Part shown: piece after piece, positions 10,260 through 19,085 of the stretch
How positions within the stretch are numbered: the stretch's first letter is position 1
Layout: each line of letters starts with the position of its first letter
Source: Oceanispirochaeta sp.
Lineage (GTDB): Bacteria; Spirochaetota; Spirochaetia; DSM-2461
Assembly (NCBI GenBank): GCA_963666275.2
Contig: CAXXOA010000001.1
Location: 2,144,001 to 2,208,000, forward strand
DNA: 64,000 nucleotides
Direction: 5' to 3'
Translations under genes and position numbers: made by a program
Notes under the pieces: model-generated
Seen by the model: only the letters and a program-made list of their open reading frames with translations
What the model was told of the DNA's origin: nothing
Database searches by the model: none

Positions 10260-11315
10260 ATGAAAAAACTGTCGATTCTAGTTACAGTTCTTCTGACTCT
10301 TCTCATTGTTTCCTGTAATAAACAGAAAGCAGAAGAAACAGCAGCACCGGCCGAAGCCGCAGCACCTGCTGCTGTGGAAGAAAAAATGGCCATTACCATG
10401 GTTACCGACGTAGGAGGAGTGAACGACCAGTCTTTTAACCAGTCAGCCTGGGAAGGTCTTCAGAGAGCGGAAAAAGAGCTGGGTGTTGACGTTTCCTACA
10501 AAGAATCCAAACAGAATGCAGACTATGCTCCTAATATGGAAAATGCTCTTGACGGTGAAAACGATCTGATCTGGGGCATCGGTTTCATGATGGCCGATGC
10601 GATCCTGGAAGCAGCTCAGAACAATCCCGATCAGTACTATGCCATTATTGATAATGCCTATGAAGAAACTCCCGCCAACCTGGTCGGCGTCACCTTCGAA
10701 GCAGAACAGGCTTCCTACCTGGTAGGATACATTGCCGGTAAAATGACCCAGACAGGAACTGTCGGATTTATCGGTGGAATTGAATTCTTCCTGATCCAGG
10801 AATTTGAGTTCGGTTTCAAAGCCGGTGTCAAACAGGCCGGAGCAGACATTGAAGTCCTCACACAGTATGCCGAATCCTTCTCTGATGCAGCCAAAGGAAA
10901 AAGTATTGCCAACAGCATGTATCAGCAGGGTGCGGATATTATTTTCCATGCCGCCGGCGGTGTTGGAAACGGTCTGATCGAAGCTGCCAAAGAGCAGGGA
11001 AAATGGGCCATCGGTGTTGACCGTGACCAGAATGACCTGGCTCCGGACAATGTGCTGACCTCTGCTATGAAACGGGTGGACAATGGTGTTTTCAACCTGT
11101 CTAAAGATCTGGTTGAAGGAAACTTCCCCGGCGGACAGACTGTATCCTACGGTCTGGCTGAAGGCGGTGTAGGAGTTGCTCCTACCAGTTCCAAACATGT
11201 TCCCGCAGAGATCCTTGCAGAAGTGGAAGAGCTTGAACAGAAAATCATTGACGGAGAATTTGTAGTTCCCAACACTCTGGAAACCTACGAAGCCTATACC
11301 CCGGTTGAACTCTGA
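10260..11315 (+). CDS. BMP family (PnrA/TmpC-like) nucleoside ABC transporter substrate-binding lipoprotein
   Basis: Lipobox IVSC; GGVNDQSFNQSAWEGL, GADIIFHAAG and IGVDRDQ motifs. Confidence 0.93.
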   Translation: MKKLSILVTVLLTLLIVSCNKQKAEETAAPAEAAAPAAVEEKMAITMVTDVGGVNDQSFNQSAWEGLQRAEKELGVDVSYKESKQNADYAPNMENALDGENDLIWGIGFMMADAILEAAQNNPDQYYAIIDNAYEETPANLVGVTFEAEQASYLVGYIAGKMTQTGTVGFIGGIEFFLIQEFEFGFKAGVKQAGADIEVLTQYAESFSDAAKGKSIANSMYQQGADIIFHAAGGVGNGLIEAAKEQGKWAIGVDRDQNDLAPDNVLTSAMKRVDNGVFNLSKDLVEGNFPGGQTVSYGLAEGGVGVAPTSSKHVPAEILAEVEELEQKIIDGEFVVPNTLETYEAYTPVEL

Positions 11316-11353
11316 TTCTATCAGTCATAAACTTTATTTAATACGTTAAATTC

Positions 11354-11384
11354 AGGGGCCCCTGCAAATCTGCAGGGTGCCCCT
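11354..11384 (+). terminator. Intercistronic hairpin after the binding-protein gene (mRNA stabiliser or partial terminator)
   Basis: AGGGGC-CCCTGCA / TGCAGGG-T-GCCCCT inverted repeat. Confidence 0.55.
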
Positions 11385-11406
11385 TACTATCTTCCGGAGG
11401 GGCACT

Positions 11407-12942
11407 TTGAATAATTACGATTTAGATCAGATCGTGGTTGATATGAAAGGGATCACCCAGAAGTTCGGAAACCTTGTTGCCAACGACAATATCGATCTGA
11501 CCGTACACAAGGGAGAAGTGCACGCTCTGCTTGGAGAAAACGGAGCGGGAAAAACAACGCTTGTCAATTCTCTCTACGGTCTCTATCATCCGACTTCCGG
11601 TGAAATTTTTATCAACGGCGAAAAAGTCATCATGGATAATCCCAATGTGGCCATTCATAAAGGGATTGGTATGGTGCATCAGCATTTTATGCTGGTAAAG
11701 CCATTTACTGTGGTCCAGAATATTATTCTGGGCAAAGAAACCCACAAATACGGCGTTCTGGATATGAAAACCGCCACGGAGCAGATCATGGATCTGTCAA
11801 AAAAATACGGTCTTCATGTGGATCCCCAGGCCTGCATTCAGGATATTACAGTCGGAATGCAGCAGAGGGTGGGAATTCTGAAAACCCTTTACCGGGGAGC
11901 GGATATCCTGATCCTTGATGAACCCACAGCCGTTCTGACCCCGCAGGAGATTCTTGATCTGATACAGATCATCGACAATCTGACAAGCCAGGGAAAAACT
12001 GTCATTATCATCACCCATAAACTGAAAGAGATTAAGGATGTTGCCGATTTCTGCACCATCATCCGCCGTGGAAAGAGAATCGATACTGTAAAGGTCGCCG
12101 ATGTTACCGAATCGGACCTGGCCTCCATGATGGTAGGACGGGAAGTCAGTTTCAAGGTCGAGAAAGAAAAGAGCAAACCCGCCGAGACAGTCCTGGAGAT
12201 TACTGATCTTCATGTGAATGACAATAGGGACATCCCCGCGCTCAGAGGATTGAACCTTAAAGTCCGCCGGGGAGAGATTCTGGGAATTGCCGGTGTTGAC
12301 GGTAACGGCCAGAATGAGCTGGAAGAAGCATTGATCGGTGTCAGGAAGGCAATCTCAGGATCCATCAAAGTGGATGGAAAGGAGATACTGGGAATGTCTC
12401 CCAGAGAGATCCTGGACCACAAGGTATCAACAATACCTTCAGACCGACAGAAAATGGGTCTGGTACTGGACTACTCCATATCTGAGAATATGATTCTTGA
12501 AAACTACAAGAAAGAGCCTTTCTCCCGGAAGGGTTGGCTCCGTTTCGATGCCATAAAAGAGTATGCCAGAAAGCTGATAGAACAGTTTGATGTCCGCCCG
12601 GCAGATGAAAACTATCTCTCAGGAGCCCTCTCGGGAGGGAATCAGCAGAAGGTTATTATAGCCAGGGAGATCTCCAACAACCCGGATGTTCTTATTGCCG
12701 TACAGCCCACAAGAGGACTGGATGTGGGAGCGATTGAATATGTTCATAAAGCTCTGGTAGCCCAGCGGGACAAAGGCAAAGCCGTTCTCCTCATTTCCCT
12801 TGAGCTGGACGAAGTCATCAATGTTTCCGACAGGATCGCCGTCATCTACGAGGGAGCCATTGCGGGAGAGATGAGTGCCGATGAAGCCGATGAAAACGAA
12901 ATAGGACTGATGATGGCAGGAGGAAGATCCCATGGCGAATAA
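11407..12942 (+). CDS. Nucleoside/sugar ABC transporter ATP-binding protein (two NBDs)
   Basis: GENGAGKT, ILDEPT and LSGGNQQK motifs. TTG start chosen because of the GGAGG at 11396. Confidence 0.93.
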   Translation: MNNYDLDQIVVDMKGITQKFGNLVANDNIDLTVHKGEVHALLGENGAGKTTLVNSLYGLYHPTSGEIFINGEKVIMDNPNVAIHKGIGMVHQHFMLVKPFTVVQNIILGKETHKYGVLDMKTATEQIMDLSKKYGLHVDPQACIQDITVGMQQRVGILKTLYRGADILILDEPTAVLTPQEILDLIQIIDNLTSQGKTVIIITHKLKEIKDVADFCTIIRRGKRIDTVKVADVTESDLASMMVGREVSFKVEKEKSKPAETVLEITDLHVNDNRDIPALRGLNLKVRRGEILGIAGVDGNGQNELEEALIGVRKAISGSIKVDGKEILGMSPREILDHKVSTIPSDRQKMGLVLDYSISENMILENYKKEPFSRKGWLRFDAIKEYARKLIEQFDVRPADENYLSGALSGGNQQKVIIAREISNNPDVLIAVQPTRGLDVGAIEYVHKALVAQRDKGKAVLLISLELDEVINVSDRIAVIYEGAIAGEMSADEADENEIGLMMAGGRSHGE

Positions 12943-14038
12943 GAAAAATATCACCGAATCCTCTGTCTGGATAACCCTCATATCCATTATGCTGGGACTC
13001 TTCTTCGGGGCGGTCATCCTGCTGATCATCGGATACAATCCCATAGAAGCCTACTCTGTTATTCTCAATGGTATTTTCAGTAAACCCAAATATATTTCCT
13101 GGACAGTCATTTATGCAACACCGATTATCCTGACAGGACTTTCCGTCGCTTTTGCATTCAAAACCGGGCTGTTTAACATCGGAGCGGAAGGACAGTTCAT
13201 TGTCGGAGCTCTGACAGCGGCCATAGCTGGATACTTCATATCCCTCCCCCCGATCCTTCACATACCTCTTGTGCTTATACTCAGTATGGCCGCAGGGGCT
13301 TTATGGGGCAGCATCTCGGGTTTTCTGAAGGCCCGTTACGGAGTCAATGAAGTTATTTCCACCATAATGCTCAACTGGATAGCCCTTTATCTCAATAATG
13401 TCGTGGTTCTCCATGAAAATGTTAAAAGAGAAGGTTCTGAAGCGACCAATAAAGTCCTGAATTCAGCACAGATCATCTTTGCCAATGTCTGGAAAACTTC
13501 AGAAGCCGGAGTTGCCTGGCGCAAAGCCCACCCCTTCTGGGGTGATATACTGAGAACCCCGGCAAACGGCGGTTTTCTCATTGCCATTGCCATGGCTATC
13601 ATTGTTCTGATTATTCTGAACCGGACAACCCTGGGATACAGTCTCAAAGCGGTTGGCTATAACAGGGATGCCGCTGAGTTCGGCGGTATCAATGTCCCGG
13701 GTAATATGATCAGCGCCATGGCGATAGCAGGAAGTCTTTCCGGCCTGGCAGGAGCTGTTCAGATCATCGGTTTCACAAGGGAAGCTTCGGCTCTTTCCGC
13801 ATCGGAAGGTTTCGGGTTTGAAGGGATCTCGGTGGCTCTGATCGGAGCCAACAATCCTATCGGCTGTGTACTGGCGGGACTTCTCTACGGAGCGCTCAAA
13901 TACGGGGGTGCTAAAATACAGCCGGCTATCGGAGCCCCCTATGAAATAATCAGCATTATTATGGGTATGATCGTTCTTTTCATAGCCATGCCCAAGCTGA
14001 TCAGAAATGTCAAAATCAAAAGAAAGGAGGATAAGTGA
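12932..14038 (+). CDS. Nucleoside ABC transporter permease
   Basis: GLFNIGAEGQ and NEVISTIMLN motifs (BPD_transp_2). Confidence 0.92.
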   Translation: MANKKNITESSVWITLISIMLGLFFGAVILLIIGYNPIEAYSVILNGIFSKPKYISWTVIYATPIILTGLSVAFAFKTGLFNIGAEGQFIVGALTAAIAGYFISLPPILHIPLVLILSMAAGALWGSISGFLKARYGVNEVISTIMLNWIALYLNNVVVLHENVKREGSEATNKVLNSAQIIFANVWKTSEAGVAWRKAHPFWGDILRTPANGGFLIAIAMAIIVLIILNRTTLGYSLKAVGYNRDAAEFGGINVPGNMISAMAIAGSLSGLAGAVQIIGFTREASALSASEGFGFEGISVALIGANNPIGCVLAGLLYGALKYGGAKIQPAIGAPYEIISIIMGMIVLFIAMPKLIRNVKIKRKEDK

Positions 14039-14967
14039 TGGTACTTGAAAGTATTGCTTTTATTCTCGGAACAACACTGATGTATGCGGCCCCCCTGATA
14101 TTCACGTCCCTGGGGGGAACAATCAGTGAAAATTCAGGTGTAGTTAATATAGGATTGGAAGGGATCATGTTCATGGGAGCCTTCATCGCAGCCGGCGTGG
14201 GATACTATGCCCACAGCGGATGGATCGGCTTTCTTGCCGCCGGTGTGGTGGGCGGGCTTTTCGGCCTGCTTCATGCCGTGGCCAGTGTCACCTTTACAGC
14301 CGATCAGGTTGTATCGGGGATTGCCATCAACTTCCTGGGACCGGGCTTTGCCCTGCTTTTGAGCCGTCTTATGTTTGACGGAGCCGCCATGACTCTCCCC
14401 CTGCCCCTGGACGAAAAGATTTCCCGGCCTCTGAACGGACTGTTTGAACAGAACTCCTTTTTTGATGTGATTTTCAACAGATACTCCACTGTGTACCTGG
14501 CTTTTATCCTTGTTTTCGCAATGTGGTTCCTTCTCTATAAAACAAGACTCGGCCTCAGAATACGCGCGGTAGGAGAACACCCCGAAGCGGCGGAAACTCT
14601 GGGTATCAATGTGTACAGAATCCGCTACCTGGCAGTCATCCTCTCAGGTGTGTTTGCCGGTTTCGGAGGGGCTGCCGTCAGCGTGGCCATCGTCTCCCAG
14701 TTCAGAATCACACTGATTTCGGGTCAGGGTTTTATTGCCCTGGCCGCCATGATCTTCGGAAAGTGGAAACCCCAGGGAGCCATGTGGGCCTGTCTGCTCT
14801 TCGGCCTGGCCCAGGGGATAGTCATCTATATGCCCCGTACGGGTCTGGAAGTCTCATCCCAGCTGTTGAGCATGCTTCCCTATGTGCTGACACTGATTCT
14901 GCTTGTTGTGTTTGTAGGCAAGTCTGTTGCTCCTTCGGCAGACGGACAGAAGTTTGAAAGGAACTAG
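14035..14967 (+). CDS. Nucleoside ABC transporter permease
   Basis: GVVNIGLEG, RAVGEHPEAA and GFIALAAMIFGKW motifs. Confidence 0.92.
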   Translation: MMVLESIAFILGTTLMYAAPLIFTSLGGTISENSGVVNIGLEGIMFMGAFIAAGVGYYAHSGWIGFLAAGVVGGLFGLLHAVASVTFTADQVVSGIAINFLGPGFALLLSRLMFDGAAMTLPLPLDEKISRPLNGLFEQNSFFDVIFNRYSTVYLAFILVFAMWFLLYKTRLGLRIRAVGEHPEAAETLGINVYRIRYLAVILSGVFAGFGGAAVSVAIVSQFRITLISGQGFIALAAMIFGKWKPQGAMWACLLFGLAQGIVIYMPRTGLEVSSQLLSMLPYVLTLILLVVFVGKSVAPSADGQKFERN

Positions 14968-15074
14968 TCATCAGTAAGGGGAAAGTGTTTGAAATGGGAG
15001 GGGAAATATTATTTTCTTCTGCCTGCCACTACCATACTGATATAGTGACCTACCAATGAAAGAGTGGTTTATAT

Positions 15075-15104
15075 GAGCAATCCCCCGGGATTGCTCTTTT
15101 TTTT
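15075..15104 (+). terminator. Rho-independent terminator of ABC operon
   Basis: GAGCAATCC/GGATTGCTC stem followed by T8. Confidence 0.85.
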
Positions 15105-15366
15105 CAAATCGCCTACTCAGGAAGATCCTTAAAAATCCCCTTGTTTTTCCACATCCTTTTCAGCAAAGGGAATCTCCAGTGTATCTGTTAAGCGGGCAAA
15201 TCCTGTTATGCTATCCCATTCCAGCAAATGACAGCTCTTTATTGCCTTTCACTGGTATGGATTAACTGTATTTTAAGCTCATTGCAGCCCCAAAAACAGA
15301 ATGATAGATTTATGCTTTTTTTTCCCCGATGTATCCATTATAATAGTTGGAAGGATTAAGAATTTT

Positions 15367-17127
15367 ATGAAGCAGCTTTCCATACGCATAAGAGCACTTA
15401 TCTTTTCCATGCTAACCTTTGTGATTCTTGGAGCTCTGCTCCTATGGGTTGTTCTTCTATTATCAGCTCAGGTAAGAGATCAGAGGACATTAGATTCCTA
15501 TTACCGGTATCTGAACTTCAATAATAATCTTGAAAATTTTATAATCTCCCACAGCAATATCCTTTACGGCTTTTCCGCCTATATCAATACCTTTGATAAC
15601 CTGGATGATAATGAAATTTACGACTACCTGGAAAACCTTCTTGAAAACAACAGTGAATATATCCGGAATGTGGGAATCCTGAAAGACACTACCATTGTCT
15701 GGAATTACCCCAGAGAAAATAATTCCGCCGCCATTGGTGTTGATCTGGCTCTTGTAGAATCCCAGGCCCCGCAGATTCTTCTTGTAAAAGAGCAGAACAG
15801 AAAAGTTTTTCAGGGTCCGGTCAATCTGGTACAGGGCGGGATCGGATATATCATACGGATTCCCATCAGAAAAAACGGTCTCTACTGGGGACAGGCAAGC
15901 ATTGTTATCGACGGAGATCAGTTTATCCGTTTTATGGATGAGATCAGCCGTCAGGCGAATATTCAGGTACTGGTACAGGATAACGGTCAAAATCAGGCTG
16001 TCATGTACGGAGATACGGCCATTCTGGAAAAAAAAACCGCAACCATATCCATGAGCAATGACTTCGGAATATGGGAAATCAGCTATATACCTATTGATCC
16101 CAACCCCCGGAATCTTTACAGCAGCATCATTCTGGTAATCCTTATGGGAAGTAGTATAATAGTCCTGATTACGCTCGTTCTCTACAGATACATTTTAAAA
16201 AATCTTCATCTGGCAAACCAGAATATCAGTCTCTCTCAGACAGCAACCACAGACAGGCTGACCGGTATTTTCAACAGATCCATGCTCGAAAGCTATATCC
16301 TCAGTGAACTGGAGCGATCGGATAAATTAGGATATGATATCTCCCTGATCCTTTTTGATCTCGATCATTTTAAAAATGTTAACGATACCTATGGTCATGA
16401 TGCTGGAGACCGGGTTCTTATAAACACAGTATCCAGGGCAAAAGAGATTATCAGAAAAAGTGATTTTTTTGTCCGATGGGGAGGAGAAGAATTTCTTGTT
16501 ATTCTGCCCGGGATAAATCTGAATGATGCCACCAGACTGGCGGAAAAACTCAGGATTGCGATTGCCGGTATAGATCATACCGATGTGGGCACTGTGACAA
16601 TGAGCGCCGGAATTGCCCAGCGTCTGGAGTTTGAGTTCTGGACCAGCTGGTTCAAAAGAGCAGACAAGGCTCTCTATAAAGCCAAGGAGAGCGGGCGGAA
16701 CAGATTATCCATCAGCATGGATATGGAGCCTATAAAAAAGGAATCAGCCAATCTTCAGTGGAAAAACGAATGGTTTTCCGGAAACACCAAGATTGACTCG
16801 CAGCATAAAACCCTTATGGAAGACGCCAATAATATGATTGAGGTCTTCAAAGTGGATCCTGAGAAATTTTCAGTACTCTATGATAAGTTTATACAATCAC
16901 TTGAAGTGCATTTTCGATACGAAGAAGGAATCCTGAACCGGGTGGGATACCCCTTTCTGGAAGAGCATCAGAAAATCCATTCCCATATAATCAGCAGCAT
17001 AAAAAGAACAGAGGAGAACATGGAGTACTACATATCCTCTCCGGAAGTACTTTTCGACTATATCCTGGAGGAGATCCTCATAGGGCACTTCCTGCAGGAG
17101 GACTTCAAATTTTTTAATTATCTATAA
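15367..17127 (+). CDS. Diguanylate cyclase with CHASE-like sensor and C-terminal hemerythrin domain
   Basis: TM-CHASE (GPVNLVQGG)-TM; DLDHFKNVNDTYGHDAGD and RWGGEEF; hemerythrin ligands QH, HFRYEE, HQKIH, HFLQED. Start could be 15301. Confidence 0.88.
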   Translation: MKQLSIRIRALIFSMLTFVILGALLLWVVLLLSAQVRDQRTLDSYYRYLNFNNNLENFIISHSNILYGFSAYINTFDNLDDNEIYDYLENLLENNSEYIRNVGILKDTTIVWNYPRENNSAAIGVDLALVESQAPQILLVKEQNRKVFQGPVNLVQGGIGYIIRIPIRKNGLYWGQASIVIDGDQFIRFMDEISRQANIQVLVQDNGQNQAVMYGDTAILEKKTATISMSNDFGIWEISYIPIDPNPRNLYSSIILVILMGSSIIVLITLVLYRYILKNLHLANQNISLSQTATTDRLTGIFNRSMLESYILSELERSDKLGYDISLILFDLDHFKNVNDTYGHDAGDRVLINTVSRAKEIIRKSDFFVRWGGEEFLVILPGINLNDATRLAEKLRIAIAGIDHTDVGTVTMSAGIAQRLEFEFWTSWFKRADKALYKAKESGRNRLSISMDMEPIKKESANLQWKNEWFSGNTKIDSQHKTLMEDANNMIEVFKVDPEKFSVLYDKFIQSLEVHFRYEEGILNRVGYPFLEEHQKIHSHIISSIKRTEENMEYYISSPEVLFDYILEEILIGHFLQEDFKFFNYL

Positions 17128-17149
17128 GTAACCATTCCCTGATAAGAAG

Positions 17150-17180
17150 AACCAGAGATTTCATGCCGGAATCTCTGGTT
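17150..17180. terminator. Hairpin between convergent genes (likely bidirectional terminator)
   Basis: Perfect 11-bp inverted repeat AACCAGAGATT/AATCTCTGGTT. Confidence 0.65.
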
Positions 17181-17199
17181 CCATCTTCCATAATACATC

Positions 17200-18573
17200 C
17201 TATTCAAGATCAATATAATAAATATAATCCACACTGGAGCTGTCATTATAAACCAAAGCTTCCGTACCATCCGTATTAATCACGCATCCGTCAAACATAT
17301 TATAATCCACTTCTATCGTATCCAGCAGAGCATGAGATGACAGGGAATATTTATAAAGATTAAAATCGTAATAGGACGCATCATACAATGTAAAATACAA
17401 ATCCCTTTCTTCAAAAAGTGCCTCCAGACTACCCTGAATGGAATTGGATGTACTGGATAGATCTGATGTATCTATCGTACAAAAATCACCTGAACCTACG
17501 TAATAGAGTTCACTGAAGTCGTTATTGCCGACTAAACTTCCCTGGAAATAGTTAATTGAATTGTTCGCATCAGAAGTGACAGTATCACCTGCAATGGAAA
17601 AACTGTATATGTTGTATGAACTGGTTACATAGAGTTTACTGTTGCTGATATCCAGAGCCATGCCATAGTTTGCACTCACATTGTCTCCATTAATTTTTAC
17701 CGAATAATCGTCCATATCCATTGTGAATAGATCATCATAGCTGGATACAATATAGATTCTGCGGTTAATGCTATCCAGTTCCAGCAACCTGCCCGGATCA
17801 TATCCGGTACTGTAGGAATGTGTTTCAAAAGTCATATTGCTCAAGTCAACTACATGGAGATCAGAACTATAGTATTCCAACATATACAGCATATTCTCTG
17901 AATCGGAATATTTTATTTGAGCCAGAGTTCCAAACGAAAATGAGCATTCACCAGTAACCGCGCCGGTATCCGAATCAATCAACAGGATTCTATTATAATC
18001 AGAATCAGCAATTATATACTCATGGGAACTGATCGAACAGGTTTCATCAATAGATAGCCCCTGATCATAGTAGGATGCCAGGGGATCCTCTTCTATTTTC
18101 AGAGTAACATCATTGATATTGTAATATCCCATATACCTGTCTTCATCGTAAGGCAATGATATGGAACCTGCGGGAAGCGTGATTTCAAGATCTCCCAGAC
18201 CATTGGGCGTAATATCCAAATAGAGATATAATAGATTTCCAGTTGAAGAATAATAGGAGGAATATTCAAACTCTGAATCTGTATAAAAATAGGCTGATCC
18301 ATTGGTAATTTCAATATTATCATCAATATCATCTTCCAGATCATAAAGATCCCCTGTACTTATATCGAGGACATCATCCAAATAAAAACGGACTGTTATT
18401 GTATTCTGCCCATAATAGGTACTTCTTTCCGGTTCTATCCTGATAGACAGATCCTTCACTTCCATACCCGTTTCTTCGGCGTATTCCTCCTTGTCCATGA
18501 TGTCCACAAGGCCGAAATCACAGGATGAAACGAGAATAAGCAGAACACTGATCAGGTAGATATATTTTTTCAT
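17200..18573 (-). CDS. Lipoprotein, acidic Tyr/Ser-rich, probable C-terminal beta-propeller (YncE-like)
   Basis: Lipobox LVSSC; repeated beta-blade-like segments (LELDSINRRIYIV, MALDISNSKLYVT). Confidence 0.6.
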   Translation of the reverse strand: MKKYIYLISVLLILVSSCDFGLVDIMDKEEYAEETGMEVKDLSIRIEPERSTYYGQNTITVRFYLDDVLDISTGDLYDLEDDIDDNIEITNGSAYFYTDSEFEYSSYYSSTGNLLYLYLDITPNGLGDLEITLPAGSISLPYDEDRYMGYYNINDVTLKIEEDPLASYYDQGLSIDETCSISSHEYIIADSDYNRILLIDSDTGAVTGECSFSFGTLAQIKYSDSENMLYMLEYYSSDLHVVDLSNMTFETHSYSTGYDPGRLLELDSINRRIYIVSSYDDLFTMDMDDYSVKINGDNVSANYGMALDISNSKLYVTSSYNIYSFSIAGDTVTSDANNSINYFQGSLVGNNDFSELYYVGSGDFCTIDTSDLSSTSNSIQGSLEALFEERDLYFTLYDASYYDFNLYKYSLSSHALLDTIEVDYNMFDGCVINTDGTEALVYNDSSSVDYIYYIDLE

Positions 18574-19085
18574 TTATCCTCTCCTTCTTCGACCCAGGAG
18601 GCATTTATCTCCTGTGACAGAAAATCCTCCTGGATGGACTCCATTTCCTTTTCTGTAACAGGAAGGAAATTGACCGAATCATAGTTGCTGTTTCCAACCT
18701 TCTCTATTTTCTGAACAATTCTGAAATCACAGACTACGACCTGCCCCGGTTCATAGGGGAGTTCCTGAAATATCTCATCACTTGTGGATTTCCCGCTGAA
18801 ATTTCTATTGGAGACACTGCTTTTCAGAGCTTCGATGTCCTGGGAATCCCTCCTGATTTTAACAGGGATATACCCGTTTCTGACCTTGGGGATTTCTACA
18901 GGTTTTTCCAGCCCCGGTATCGTGATCGTATAGGACCGGGCCGCCACTGTTCCGGCGGATTTATCCAGCCCCACAGGAATCAGAACCATACAGTCGTCTG
19001 ATGTGAGTTTCTGACTGTAGTCTATTGAGGTACAGGAAATCATAAGGAATAGAAAAGCTATTCCGGTATACTTTAAAGGCTTCAT
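18570..19085 (-). CDS. Hypothetical lipoprotein
   Basis: MKPLKY...LMISC lipobox; ATGA overlaps with both neighbours. Confidence 0.7.
   Translation of the reverse strand: MKPLKYTGIAFLFLMISCTSIDYSQKLTSDDCMVLIPVGLDKSAGTVAARSYTITIPGLEKPVEIPKVRNGYIPVKIRRDSQDIEALKSSVSNRNFSGKSTSDEIFQELPYEPGQVVVCDFRIVQKIEKVGNSNYDSVNFLPVTEKEMESIQEDFLSQEINASWVEEGEDK

Noticed and set aside
15180..15300. c-di-GMP-I riboswitch upstream of the cyclase (GGCAAA...GCAAA)
   Set aside because: No GNRA tetraloop/receptor and no convincing P2/P3 pairing.
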